Shown in pieces: positions 41,171 through 55,351 of a stretch of DNA of 64,000 bases. The stretch is taken from NCBI RefSeq assembly GCF_009914755.1, contig NC_060934.1; one strand, 5' to 3'. Numbering within the stretch: the first letter of the stretch is position 1; each line of letters starts with the position of its first letter. Source of the stretch: the human T2T-CHM13v2.0 reference genome, Homo sapiens. The position numbers were made by a program, and so were the translations under genes. The notes under the pieces are model-generated. The model did not search any database. It worked only from the letters and a program-made list of their open reading frames with translations, and was not told the DNA's origin.

Positions 41171-41309
41171 AGCGTGGCATATTTCCTTCAGAAAGTTGAA
41201 TGTCTGAGCCACTCTTACCTGGGCTTCTTGGGTGTGTGTGTCCTGTGGTAGAGGTACAGTCAACTGAAACTTAATAGTATCTCACCAAGTAGACTAACCA
41301 GGAAGCACT

Positions 41310-41500
41310 TGGCACAGACATGGGATGAGCCCAGACTTGGGCTGATAGTGATTGCATTTACCTGGTTATTAATTCTGGGTAAATTCTTGACCTCCCTGAG
41401 TTTCTGTATTCTCATCTCTAACATGGGAATGATAGCTGTTCAGTATACCTCTCAAGGTGTTGGGTATTTGAATTATGAAACTATAAAGCATATACAAAGT
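41310..41500 (+). mobile_element. MIR SINE
   Basis: CTCCCTGAGTTTCTGTATTCTCATCTCTAACATGGGAATGATA core. Confidence 0.6.
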
Positions 41501-42207
41501 TATCCTTGCTTTAATGGGGTTTTAGTTACATTTTAATTTTATTTTAATTAAAAAGATAACATTTAAGGGGAATGTGAGATACTGATGTTGATCGAAAGGG
41601 AACCTGAGTCAACTAAGGTCAGACGCAGCGCTCTGGGATAACCCTATTTGAAGAGGAAGTGCTGAAATCAGCCTAGCTTTAGAGCCAGAAACCACGAATT
41701 TTAGCATGAGTTTAGCGTGAAACTGTTTTTGCCAGGGTTACCAATGCCAAATCTTAATAACCAGATCCAGTGGCCCACTTTTAACCCTCATTGTTCTGGA
41801 ACTCTCAAAGCATTAACGTTGTTGACTCACCCCTTTCTCTTTGAGAAGTTTGCTCTCATGGCTTCCACGAGACTGGAGAGAGAACATCCACTGGTTCTCT
41901 CCTGCATCTGTGCTCACTCCTCCTTCCCCTCTGCCACCTCCCCCTCTGCATACCTAGGCCTTTATCTTTGACCTTCTTTTCCTCTGCTCTCCAAGATGTC
42001 AAGCAGCTCTCCAAGAGGGCTGACTGGAGCTTGCAGAAGTGTTTTGTTTTGCTAATAGAATGTCTTAGGTTGGGTCTGATTTTTCATGCACCTTCAGTTC
42101 CCACCCATTGTCAACTGTCTCAGACTTTACAGTTTCATGGCCTCCCTTATTGTATGTTATCTGGGTGGTCCCTATGGGCATTTGAGCTTGCATCCCTTCT
42201 CTGTACC

Positions 42208-42561
42208 TGATACTGTTTGGCTTTGTCCCCACCAAATCTCAATTTGAATTTATCTCCCACAGTTCCCGTGTGTTGTGGGAGGGACCCAGGGGGAGGTAAA
42301 TGAATCATGGGGACCTGTCTTTCCTGTGCTATTCTTGTGATAGCAAATAAGTCTCATGGAATCTGATGGGTTTATAGAGGGTTTCCGCTTTTGCTTCTTC
42401 CTCATTTTTCTCTTGCCACCACCATGTAAGAAGTGCCTTTCGCCTCCCGCCATGATTCTGAAGCCTCGCCAGCCATGTGGAACTCTAAGTCCAATTAAAC
42501 CTCTTTTTGTTCTCAGTTTCGGGTACGTCTTTATCAGCAGCATTAAAATGAACTAATATTA
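42208..42561 (+). mobile_element. THE1A-like solo LTR
   Basis: TGATACTGTTTGGCT start, GGTTTCCGCTTTTGCTTCTTCCTC diagnostic; TSD GTACC/GTACT. Confidence 0.9.
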
Positions 42562-42744
42562 GTACTCTTTTCTGTGGGTATCCTGTAGAAATCATTTAAA
42601 AAGGGAAAAATCTGTAACTTGTCCTGCACAGAATTCATTGCTCCAACTCTCTGCATTGTCCAACTCTTCTCAACTTTGATCAATGACTTCCACCATCTCC
42701 CCATTCTTCCATGTTAGAAACCATGGACTTATTCCATCTGTTTT

Positions 42745-43570
42745 TATTCAAATATTTATTGAGTATCTAATATGTGCCAGGAGGAGAATTCATTGGTGAG
42801 TATAAACAGACATGGCCCCTGCCTCATGGAATTTACTGCCTAGTCAGAAAAACAGTAGTGAGATAACACAAAATAAATACAAAATCACACCTGCACTAAG
42901 GGGTGGACAGAGAGGTACAGAGTGTTGTGAGGGTGACACACAGATCTCTCACTCAGTTAGGGAAATCAAGAAAGGAGTTCCTGAGGAATCGTTACTCACA
43001 CTGAGATCAGAACACCATATGGGAGTCAACCAGCGAGGACAGGAATGAGGGTTAAGCCACATTCAAGGCCGCATTGAAGATTTTGTTCTCTCATTGTAAG
43101 AGCAATGGAAACCATTTACACCTTCAAACAGAGCACCACTAAGAGATTTGCATTTCTACAAGTTCATTCTGAGAATGGTGGAGAGGATGCATTTGAAGGG
43201 AACCAGAGTGAATCTCGGAGAGCATTCTGGGGGTTATTGTAGATATCCCGGCCAGAGATGACAGTAGTTTGGGTTGTGACAAGAGCAATGAGGCTAGAGA
43301 AAAGTGGATAGATTCAAATGATTTCAAGGAAGTCAAACATAAGGGATTGGAGTGACATTGGTTGTGGGGCTGAAGGAAAAGAAAGTGTCCAGCAAGCTGC
43401 CGAGGTTTCTGGTATGGGTGGGGGTATCATTTATGTAGATTGAATCCTGCCAGGCAACCAGGTTTGGGGTTGACTTTGGACATCTAGCGTCCAAGGTACC
43501 TCTAATATGCCAAAGAGAGAGCTTCCAGGTGACTGTCTGGCTCTGGAATTCCAAGGGAATGGCTGGAGAA
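42745..43570 (-). mobile_element. L2 LINE fragments
   Basis: ATTCAAATATTTATTGAG..ATGTGCCAGG antisense L2 3' end plus purine-rich L2 body. Confidence 0.7.
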
Positions 43571-43941
43571 ATCTTTCTAGACCTCACTTGTGTAGAGTTG
43601 GCCACTGAAGGCACACGTGGATGCTGGGTGCATGTGTGTGGGCAGGCACGGAGCCGAGCCATTGGTTCTTGGCATGGAAAGGCGAGAGTACCAGGGACAG
43701 AGGTTTGAAGTCACCAGTGGGTCATTGCCTCTCCCTGCCATGTGTATTTAATTATCATTAAGTTATTTCATGTTCTCCTTGGAAGCCCCCTCCAGGGTTA
43801 AAGTCCTTCTTGTCTTCCTGCTTCCGCCTGACTTGAGGCCTCCATCATTCTACTGAAATGTCCTGAAAGCCTCTAACAGGGCTTCCTGACTCTCTCTTCC
43901 AGCTCCAGGGCTTACCACAGTTGCTGCAGGGGTTTCCTTGG

Positions 43942-44220
43942 TTTTTTGTTTTTTTAAGGATCATGTCTTGCTCTGTTGCCCGGGCTGGAGTGGCGCGATC
44001 ATAGCTCACTGCAGCCTCAAGCTCCTGGACTCAAGCAATCCTCTTGCCTCAGCCTCCTGAATAGGTGGGAGTATGTGGTGATGCACGATGCCCAGCTAAT
44101 TTTTTAAATTTTTTGTAGAAATGAGGTCTTGCTTTTTGGCCCAGGCTGGTCTCGAATTCCTGGGCTCAAGCAATCCTCCTGCCTCGGCCTCCCAAAGTGC
44201 TGGGAGCCACCATGCCCTGC
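43942..44220 (-). mobile_element. AluJ element
   Basis: ATCATAGCTCACTGCAGCCTC..CTCCTGG.CTCAAGCAATCCTC J-type diagnostics. Confidence 0.9.
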
Positions 44221-44289
44221 TGGGGATTACTTTATTAAAAGACAAGGATGATTTTATTTCTCCCCTGCTGAGAAGCCTTGGGGCATCGG

Positions 44290-44700
44290 TGGCCAACAGG
44301 AAGTGGATGTTTTGAGCTGGCACACAGACTACACACAATGCAGCCACTCCTTCCCTTTCTATTCTCTCACAACCACCTGTTGATGTGGCCGCCTGGCAGG
44401 TACCACGTTGTGCTGTGGTTGCTTGTTCTAGAGCCTGTGTTTCCTCTGCAGCTGCGATGCAATATGCTCTGGACTGGATGTCACCACCTCTGCATCCCCA
44501 GAGCCTGGAAGGGGACCGGCCTACAGGGGCCATGCCGCCCTGTGACTTTAGCTGCTGTCTGGCTGTTTGTTTCTGCCTTCCTTTGCTTCTGTACAAATGT
44601 ATTAATAGACAGGAAGTCATTGCCTCTTGACTATCTCAGAGGCAAATTCTGCAGTAAAGGAAGAGATTTCCTTGCCTCAAGGAGAGGAGTTACATAAACA
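44290..44700. promoter_or_regulatory. Candidate ETS/RUNX/E-box enhancer
   Basis: ACAGGAAGTG 44296, ACAGGAAGT 44609, TGTGGTT 44414, CAGCTG 44449 in locally GC-richer unique DNA. Confidence 0.35.
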
Positions 44701-46190
44701 GTGCTTAGAAGAAATAATAGTAATGCATATGCAGTCATGTGTTTATAAGTTGGCAAAGCTGCTTCACTAGTTGAGGCATGATATTATTTTTACTCAAAAT
44801 AAAATGCCCTCAAAACCCCTTGGATTGCATTCCACAGATTAATTATATGTGTTCAGCCAGAAGTTCAACCTTCAGTTTGAAGAACCTCTGGGGAAAAGAT
44901 GTCTTTTTAAGCGATTAACTACCTGTGCTTTTAATATATAGACCTGATTTACTGTTTCACTGTTTTTCTCCTACTGAGGTTCTTTGCTTCCTTTCTTTTC
45001 ATATGTCAGAAAGAGAGAGAAAGAGGAAGGGGGAGAAGGAGAGAGAGAACATGTTTTTGAACAAGTTTCAAAACCTAGTCATTTGGAGTAAAGAAAATTG
45101 GATTATTTACTTATTATAGATTTTATATTTCTTGTCTTGCTTGGAAAGCAGCTGGCTGGCCCTAATAGCTTACCCAGGACTAATGCATTCCAAAGAATCT
45201 ACTTATAAAGACCATTTCTGTACAGATCTAAAATTTTCATTTGTGAGGCAAGGTTAAATTCATTAGATAAATCCAAAATCGATTTTTTAGAAATAGTTTA
45301 CTTACTTTATTAAGTGTTTAGATATATGTGGGTTATTGAGAATAAAATATTTTCTTGAAATGGAGCAAAAAAGACCCTTAAAATGGCATATGTAATTTAA
45401 TTCTTCTGTAGTTTTCTTTTTTAAAAAATCACAATTAGAAAGGACTTTTTAAAGCTTTTTATGTGCATAGAAAGAAACAGAAAAAATATAGGTATGGCCT
45501 GTACCTTCTAGTGCTCTAGTTATAAATATAAATTCATAGTGAGTCTGTAGTTGAATATCACATATTAATTAAGTAAAAATTCCGTATCTGAACATTGTCT
45601 CACAGCATCTTGGTTGCTGGGTCTGCATTTGCAGGCGTTCCCAGGGTTGTGGGATGAGCTGAGAGTAAAGATCTGGGCACTCGCAGGAATGGAAATTGGG
45701 ATCTGGCTGTAGGAATGGCTATTCCTTAACACACTGTGTGACCTTTCAAGTTCAAGGATTCCCTCAAACTGGCATACAATGCTTTCTAAACTGTAGGTGA
45801 CAGAAATAACATAAGGGCTTTTGTTATCTGAGCTGTGTCTGTATGTGTATCTGTGTATGCATGTTTTCTTATGCACAAAAAAAAATAGAATGGCTGAATT
45901 ATGTTAAATGTAAAAAACATCAACATAATTTTTATTCATTTAAAAATACTAACCTAAATGCGGCAGAGATAATCGTATTAATAAATTTTTATAAGTATGG
46001 ATCTCACCTGCTATTTAATCATTGCAAGCCAAACAATGTTCTAAACATTTGACATCTATGAGCTTATTTAATTCTTGCAACGACCCTGTAAAGCAAGTAT
46101 TATTCTTATACCCATTTTATATATGAGAAAAAGCATAAAACTTGTTCAAACACACCATTAATGTTTAAGTATGTATGCTTATTTCAGATC

Positions 46191-46338
46191 GTGTGTGTGT
46201 GTACGTGTGGATAGATGGGTAGATAGCTGAATGGATGAATGGATAGATAGATCTAGCAGATGATAGATAGATAGATAGATACATAGATACATAGATACAT
46301 AGATAAATAGATGATAGATAAGAGAGAGAGAGAGAGAT
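46191..46338. repeat. Compound (GT)/(GATA/GATACATA)/(GA) microsatellite
   Basis: Direct reading. Confidence 0.95.
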
Positions 46339-47419
46339 GTTTGTTTTACAGAAGATAGAATCAAAGCTAGCTGCAACTGAGAGATAAAAGTTCATTTTCC
46401 CTTCTAATACCATTTGGAATTTGTTTCTATTATACAACAAATTTTAGCCATTAAAGTTTAAAAATAGAAAGTCTGGTATATTAAAATCTATGCAAGAACT
46501 TTACGAAAGCCTTTTGTTTTCTCTTCCAAATAATGAGCTGTGTTGTCTGAGCCAGCCATACCCAAGAATGTTATTAATAGTGTGTGATTTTCAAAATGTA
46601 TTTATTTATTTGGCCAACAAAAACAGGGTTTCCTAGAATTTTCCATTTGTCTCATCTCACAGTACCTCTCACCTCTCAGTTTTATCCACAAAACCCCCCA
46701 AATTCAAATGCATATCTGGAACCTGACATCTTCAACCAAGACTCTGCAGAGAAAAGAATAAAATGAAGTAAAACTTAAGGATGTTTGAGATCCTTGTCAA
46801 ACCATCCTTCAGTGCTCATCTGAGATTTTCCCCTTTCCCTGCCCCCATGGCTCTTGGATAATAGTTATGCACATTCTCTAACTGGAGCTTTAACCCTATT
46901 AATGTTGAACCATACTTTTGGTAAGAATACAAAGTGTAAACCCACTTAAAGTGACTCCTTTCTTAAGCAATGTCAGAAATATTTAGTCTCTGTTGCTGCA
47001 CAGACTGTGCGTGAATTGCAGCCAGAGGTCAGCTCAGATATGCGCTTGCACATTCAAGCTGCCAAAAAACATAAGAACATATTTAGAACAATGAATTGTT
47101 AAGTTGAAGCTTTCAATTCTCATGGAACGTTAACTCTCCAGCACTCATCGACACCTCTTTGAGCCTCTGATTAAGAAGGAAAATCAGGAAAAGAACATGG
47201 ACCTGGGCCACCTAATGGAAATATTTCATCAGGCAGTGACCTTTGTGTTTGTCATTGTTTGTCCTCTCTGTTTCCCGGGGCATACTGTTTTAATAAGCGT
47301 TTGTAATTATAATCTACACAAGCGTCTTAATAGTTTCCAAAGATACTTGGAAACTCATTGGGGCTGTTTCACAATCGGAAATTGATGTTTATTTGGAGAT
47401 GACTATGGTAGGATCCTGA

Positions 47420-47802
<383 letters not shown>

Positions 47803-48019
47803 GGATACCGATGTTTTAAGTGTCCAATGGTGATAGCAAGATTCCTGTGTTCCCATAAACTTTCATAATGGTAAAGCTAATATTTGCACATGTGCTTAAA
47901 TGTGCCTGTCATTTTTGCTTTGTAGGGGTCAGTCTTTACTGGATTTGGTCAGCAGCCATCTAGGTATCCGGAGTGTTGGTGGACTTCTCTGCAAAGTAAT
48001 ATAGCAGCAAAGAGTCCTG

Positions 48020-48135
48020 AGCCTCCCAGGCTGTGTCCCCACCTGCCTAGAGGACTCTGAGTAAATTCCTTTCTCTCCCAAGGCCTCAGTTTCCTTATCT
48101 GCAAAATGATAAAATTAGACCAGATTATCTCTCAG
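48020..48135 (+). mobile_element. MIR core fragment
   Basis: GCCTCAGTTTCCTTATCTGCAAAATG. Confidence 0.7.
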
Positions 48136-48679
48136 GTCTGAAGCTGTGATTAAAAGATGCTTGTGAAGCCATGTCCAAAGATCATCTTCATGAGTGGGTT
48201 ACTCAGACATAGATCTTTTAAGAATAACAATAATATTATCTATATCCAATGAGCGTATACTCTCTGCCAGGAGCTGTACTAAGACTTCAAATCTCTGATA
48301 TTAATCCTTACAGCAGGACTAGGAATAGAGTCAGATAAAGGGGCTGTAGAGCCAAACAAATGCCAGAGTAATCAAACCATAAGAGGGTTGATTTCTAATA
48401 TATTATTCCTATTTTCACTAAATAAATATATGCCAATATTTAACTAATAGTGATTGGATGGGGCAAAAAAAAAACAATCCTTAGTTTTTCCTGGATGCCC
48501 ATTTCTCTTGGTATGGCTCTCCTTTGAATATTATTCACATTCAGCTGATGAGGAAATCAAGGATCATGGAGGCTGTGTAACCTGCTTAGTTATTCATCTA
48601 GCTGTGGTCAAGATGGACTTCAAATTCACGTATACCACTGTCCATGACTCATGGTCTCAGACACAATGGTTTATGACTA

Positions 48680-48872
48680 AGGTTCTGGGATTTATCAAAT
48701 AAAAATACAGGACATCCAGTTAAATTTGAATTTCAGATAAGCAATAAATAATTACTGAGTGTGAGTATGTCTCAAATATTGCATGGGCTATGCTTATGCT
48801 AAAAAAAATCACTTGTCATTTGTCTGAAACTCAAATGTAATTGGGAATCCTGTATTTTTGTCTGACAATCCT
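48680..48872. mobile_element. MER53 palindromic hAT MITE
   Basis: AAAATACAGGA..CCAGTTAAATTTGAATTTCAGATAA and the inverted arm TCCTGTATTTTT. Confidence 0.9.
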
Positions 48873-50236
48873 GTCTATGACAGAACCCAGTGATGGAAGC
48901 TGCATCTCTGTGCTTTACTAAATACTGTGAGTGGACAGAAGGTTCTATCTCTGAGAAGTTCGAGATCCAGATGATGAAATGGAAACAATAGATACAGTGA
49001 AAATGGAAATACCCATGAGAGCACCTGAGTTGCCTTCAAAGATAAAGAATGCTTTGTTCTAGGGGCTCTGTTTTGTATTTTTGTCTCTCAGGTCCAGAAT
49101 TTGCATTGCTGTTTGTGCAAAGTAATCAAGAGAAGCAGAATTATAGAATTTCCATGTAGGGAGTGGCTAGCCTTTAGAATCCAGAGATGTGGATGTCTTA
49201 ATGTACAAATGAGGCCGTGAACTGTGCACAGAGTCATAACTGGTTGGGAATAAAATGCAGTGTTGTGACTTCCTTCCCTGGGATCTTTCAGGGAATGAGG
49301 TGTGAAGGAATGCTCTAGATAGGATAGAATTAATCAAGTAGGACTAAGTAATTCTGCGCCCTCCTGGAAATTTTATTGAGATCAAAGAGGGTTGTTTGTT
49401 TGTTTGTTTGTTTGTTTGTTTTGCAGGAGTTAGAAGGAAATTCTGATATTTTGACCCAGATCCCTGGGGTACTGAAGGACTTATTCTCCTGCATTTTACA
49501 AATATTTGCATATCCCCATGAGCACATGATAGCCTCCACCCCAGAGTATGCAGAAGGTAAACATCTCAATAATGGGGTACTCAGGGATTTTTGTCCGTCC
49601 TCTCTCATTTTATTAACTCTGTTAAGAATTATTTCACTGCTAACACTCTCACTTCTTCATCACGTCTCCTTCTGAGGATAAGTAGGGAAAATAGGAAAAA
49701 TATAAAATGCAAATCATTTATCTTTGCAACCTGAGAAGAGACTAGTTTGGAAAAGCATCAGTGAAGAAAAAAGAGTTTAAAGACATAGCGAAACAGGATT
49801 CATCCACTGATTTTCAGTAATTGATCATATACTTCACACTAGCTACCAAGGATGACCTAAAGTAGACTGATTATGTTAGTCCCTCCTCTAGCCATGGAAA
49901 GTATTCATATTCCCTAACGTGTCACAGGGGAGCTGATTTATGCTTGTGATTCAGGTATCCAGGATAGTTACTCCTTACAACACTTCTTAAAAGTACTTGT
50001 GTGTCGTATCTGTCATTGACTTGATTTTTCTCTATGCAAAGAATATTGTTAGGCAAAAATATGTATGTAGGAGAGAGAAAGCATGTGTGTTCCATTACAA
50101 AAATAAAATAAAGCAAAGAATGCAAATCTTGAGTGGAGAAGTGTAAGTTATAAATCTCATTTTTCACTAGAGAGTAGAATAAAACACCTTTAAAAATAAA
50201 ACTAATTTGAATTAGGGAATCAATCAAAACCATAAA

Positions 50237-50290
50237 TGAATGCAAATCAAAACTGCAAGATACCACATCATACCCGTCAGGAAGGCTAGT

Positions 50291-50321
<31 letters not shown>

Positions 50322-50965
50322 AAAATAACAAGTTTTGGTACAGTGTTGGTGGGAATGTAAAACAGTGCAGTTGCTACAGAAAACAGTATGATGGTTTCTC
50401 AAAAAACCGCGAACAGAATTACCAGGTGATCCAGCAATTCTACTTCTGGGTATGTACCCAAAGGAATTAAAAGCTGGTTCTCAAAGAGGTGTTTGTATAC
50501 CTATGTTCACAGCAGCATTATTCATGACAGCATTATTCATTCAGAGGCAACCCAAGTAGCCATCAACAGGTGAATAGATAAACAAAATGTGGTATATGCA
50601 TATAATGGAATATTATTCAGCCTCAAAAAAGAGGGGAATTCTGACCCATGCTACAACACGGATGGACCTTATGAGCATTACGGTGAGTGAAAGAAGCCAG
50701 TCAATAAAAAGGCAAACACTGTATGATTCCACTTATATGAGGTGCCCAGGATAGTCAGATTCATAAAGACAGAAAGTCGAGTGGTGGCGGTCAGGCACTG
50801 TGTGTGGGGAGAATGGGGAGCTGTTTAATGGGGACAGAATTTCAGTTTGGGATGAAAAGAGTTCTGAAGATTAGTTACAAAGCAGTGTGAGTATACTTAA
50901 TGATACTAAACTATGCACTTCAAATGGTTTCAATGGTCATTTTTATGTTATGTTTATTATAATTA
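50237..50965 (+). mobile_element. L1 3' fragment (L1MB-type)
   Basis: ATGCAAATCAAAAC...TGTATGATTCCACTTATATGAGG; internal poly-A expansion. Confidence 0.9.
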
Positions 50966-53539
50966 CAAAGAAATCAACAGATAAAATGGATTTGGTCACT
51001 CATTTATAAAACCAATATTTATGTTCCAAACAGTATGTTAGACCAAGAATGTCCAGGGCTAAGACTGATATTCTGAAGTACTTTAGTAAGCATTCAAAAA
51101 GTATTCATGGAAGGACAGGAATGAATTGAATAAGCAATGGATGAAGGAATGCATGATCCCACTGAAAGTGATGCTGAGCCTGGTTGGTCATTTCTGTCAC
51201 AGGCATAAGGAGAAGTAGCAACACTTGCTGCAAATTGACCTTCCAAAATTGTCCACCAAAACACAAAATGAAAAACAGCATATATGTCCAAGACCAGAGT
51301 TTAGAAGAGGGGATCAAATGGAAAAGAAAAATATGTAATATAGATTTATAAGTTATATTACACAGAATAAACCCACAAAGATGATCTCCTGTGTTGAGGA
51401 ATGGTTCATTGTCATCAATCTTATCTTCTCACCATAGTTATCTTGTCACTGTCCTATGGACTGATACGTATCTTGAATATTGACTTGCAAACCTGTTCTT
51501 CTTCTCCGCTTTTGATCCCTTTCTGATGAAAGTTGAAATAGGCAAACAAAGCATGATATGATACAGGAAAACAGTCACAATTATTCATACAGTAAAAACA
51601 GAATAGCTTAAAAATACTTTTGATTATAAATCAATCCATAATCCGGGAGTTAGGAACCCTGAATCTTTCTTCCAACCTAATTGTTAACAAGCTGTGGACC
51701 TTGATTGGCTATATCACCCCATATCTGAGACTCATGATCTATTATGTATCTAGACTTCAGAGAAGGGTCTTTCCAGGGATGACTTCCTGTAAATTTATGA
51801 ATTTGAGATTTTGATCAATTCAATCAATTTGTGCCATAATTTTATGGAATTTGGACTTAAATATCTTTATTCCTTCCCAGATGTTATTCCAAGGGAATTG
51901 ATCTGTCACATTTGTAGGCACAGCAGGCTTTGGGACATAAGGTGCTAGGTTTTTTTCTGAGTGCCTTTCTAGTAAAAGCTTTAGCATGTTCTTCTGCCTC
52001 TAGGACTCAAGCCAGCCAACATCCCCAGAGATAAGAAGCAAAACAGAGAGGATGGGGTGACTGGGACACACACAGTGGCCTGGCTGAACTGAGATGGTGA
52101 CTCTCAGCTCGTCCAGAGGTTGACTTCTGTGTTACGTGGTGCATATGTTCTAATGGAGCTTCTCAATGTTTCAGGCAGTTTGCAAATTTTTGGAACTGAT
52201 GTCATCTCATTTTTAACACACAACTACCTTTTCCAAAATCCAGGCAGTAGCAACCTGTAACCCCCCTGGCCAAGTTCTCTTCCCCCACCAACCCCACCAC
52301 CACCATTTCTTCAATCCTCTATGATATTTACCTCTTTGCCTGCCTGGCATGAGTGTATCCGTGTAGAAAAGTTAAACTATAGGCAGTCATGGGTCAAGAG
52401 GCAGCAATTTCTGTTGAAAAGTTGTATAAGACTCCTCTTTTGAAAATGCCTGGCTGATGTACTGTAATGAAAGTTTCCCCACTTAGATATCTATAAGCAA
52501 TTGTTTAGGCTGTGAAAAGATTTCCAAACGGCAATACAAACTGTGAGCTATTGAATGCCATGGAGTTCCTTTAAAAAAAAAAAAAAAAAAGCCGACAGAA
52601 GGATACTGTAGAATTACAGTAATAATTCAAACAGTATTTATAGCAGACTGTTAGAATCTGAGTTGCAATGTAATCATAGCTATTTTATAGCAAGTCTTTA
52701 CCTTAATACCAGTCTATTTCCTAAAAGCTTAAAAAATATAACATAGTTCGTATAATATGTCACCCATAATGAAGCCAAGTTTGATTCGTCATTTTGTGTT
52801 ACTCTTCCTTAGGTCCTTGGAGGATTTAAAAATAATAATAATAACTTACAATTCACTCCCTTCTTTTCTTTTAACAAAACTTCCTACTGCTTACCCTGTG
52901 AGAAAGACTAAGGAAAGAAAATGAAAGGGCTGTGGGAAAGAAGTCAGTCAAAAACAAGCCCACAAAACTCAAGGGGCTGTATTTCTTTTATTTTTTTTTT
53001 CTTTTACATAGAAAGCATTCGCGTAAAGAAAATAAGAGATTTATAATTCCCATAATTTGGCTAGAAGAAGCACACAACTGCATACTTCCTGTGTGTTAGT
53101 CATTTTTGGTTGCCTAGCTGCAAAACACAAATATATTACAAAACTGTGTTTTTATCACAGTGGTACACATCTGTCAATGAATCCACTCTCCTGACTTTTT
53201 GTCCAATGCGTTAAAAACAATAGATGACACCATATCAAATTCCTAGTTTCTGATTACTTCAGCCTTGCTTAACTCTGCATTTGATCTTCAAACTAGCTTA
53301 AATGTTGGGTTTGTGTGAGGCTGGAGGAGAGAGAATTGCCTAAATTAAACCAAAAAGTGCTGGAAATGGGCAATGGTGGAATCCTAGAACTTTTTATTTT
53401 CTTCCTGAAGCCTGTAGAACAAAGAAAGGAGTCCTCTTACATTCTGAAGTGAATTGGATTTCCAATTGCGCACTTCAAGTACGTTAGCATTAAATAACCA
53501 CGAGTCACCCAGTGTTGACTTCGGATGGTGTCATGAGTG

Positions 53540-53930
53540 TTCTGAGACACTTGAAGGTGACCCCAGATTCCCTGGTGTTTACTCCCTCAGGGTTGGCTGA
53601 AGGTCGTGACTCACACTGAGGGCAGTCAGGACACTTCTGGAACAAGGTTTCCGAAGCCACGCTGCCCTTCCTACATCAGGCAGTTGGCACAGACTGTTGT
53701 GTGTCAACTTCCTGTGAAGGCCCTCAGCCTAAAGAGGTGAGCCAATAAATCCTCAAGGAACGTGTTGAGAACAGGGATGAGAATGTGATGGCAAGATCGA
53801 TGTTTCTGGACTTGTCCCTAGGGATATGAGACAGCCATCATTCCACTATGGACAAGGGGGCCCCTGACATCAACTTGCAGCCTGATCTCCACCTGGTCAA
53901 GCTGTTCCCAAATCAATGTTCCCCTAAGGG
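53540..53930 (+). mobile_element. Highly diverged MLT1E/F-like LTR relic
   Basis: Patchy resemblance (CCCCAGATTCCCTGGTG, CCCCTGACATC..TGCAGCC, AAGCTGTTCCCAAAT). Confidence 0.4.
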
Positions 53931-53981
53931 AGACCAGTACAATGCCTGGAACATGGTAGGCATTTAAATAAATATTTGCTA

Positions 53982-54278
<297 letters not shown>

Positions 54279-54590
54279 GGCCGGGCGCGGTGGCTCACAC
54301 CTGTAATTTCAGCACTTTGAGAGGCCAAAGCAGGCGGATTGCCTGAGCTCAGGAGTTCGAGACTATCCTGGCCAACGTGGTAAAACCCTGTATCTACTAA
54401 AAATACAAAAATTAGCCGGGAGTGGTGGCAAGTGCCTGTAGTCCCAGCCAGTCAGGAGGCTGAGGCAGGAGAATCACTTGGACCCAGGAGGCGGAGGTTC
54501 CAGTGAGCCAAGATCATGCCGCTGCACTCCAGCCTGGGCAACAGAGCGAGACTCCATCTAAAAAAAAAAAATAAAAATAAATAAATAAAT
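54279..54590 (+). mobile_element. AluS (second of tandem pair)
   Basis: Full Alu directly after the first Alu's tail; (AAAT)n tail. Confidence 0.95.
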
Positions 54591-55302
54591 AAGTAAAGAT
54601 TTGCCAAGAGAAGAACAATTTGGAGAACTTTGTGGAAATGGTCTGAACACAAATATTCTAGAGCTACTCACGGGTAGATTTCAATATACCCAGGGCCTTT
54701 CCAAAGATCCCAGATATAGAGACAAGTAGGATCACCCGTAGCACAAGAATCATTTTTAAAAGCCAGGAAATAGCCCAGGTTCTTCTGCATTTCATGCTGG
54801 ACCTCAACTTCTGGACAAATGCCATGTTTATAGTAGCACAAAGGAGAGAATAACCCTTTCGAAGAGTGATGATAGCTTTGTGAAGGGTGTGCAGGTGAGT
54901 CGGTTCAATAAAACATTGATGATCAAATCAATTGACTAAATAGTCCATGATTCAGGGCGGAAATCCCATACCGGATCCATTTACAGGACCTTTTCCCTAG
55001 GGTCCTTAGTGGTAGTCTCAAAGTTGCTTCTCCCTTCCCCAGTGTCTTGTTTTTAAAATGGAAATACTTGCATAAATAACCCCTGAGAACATGCATTCAT
55101 TACACTGGAATCGGAGGGGAGAGAAGATAAAATGCAAAATTGGCCTATCACCACAAACAGTAAAGAATAAGATGCTTCTGTTATGAAAACTGGCTTTCTC
55201 AGATATCCAAGAATCACCTTAGGACAGCGTTTTAGAGCTCTGAATGCCAGGTGTACTCACCGACAATTTTTGAAGTTTTTGAGCCTCCTACAGACACAGA
55301 AA

Positions 55303-55306
<4 letters not shown>

Positions 55307-55349
<43 letters not shown>
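55307..55349. repeat. (TG)n microsatellite
   Basis: About 21 perfect units. Confidence 0.95.

Positions 55350-55351
<2 letters not shown>

Noticed and set aside
44096-44697. 174-aa and 139-aa ORFs
   Set aside because: One ends in an AluJ; neither resembles a known protein.
54833-54900. Perfect + strand donor CAG|GTGAGT at 54895
   Set aside because: Only a weak upstream acceptor; isolated consensus donors occur by chance.
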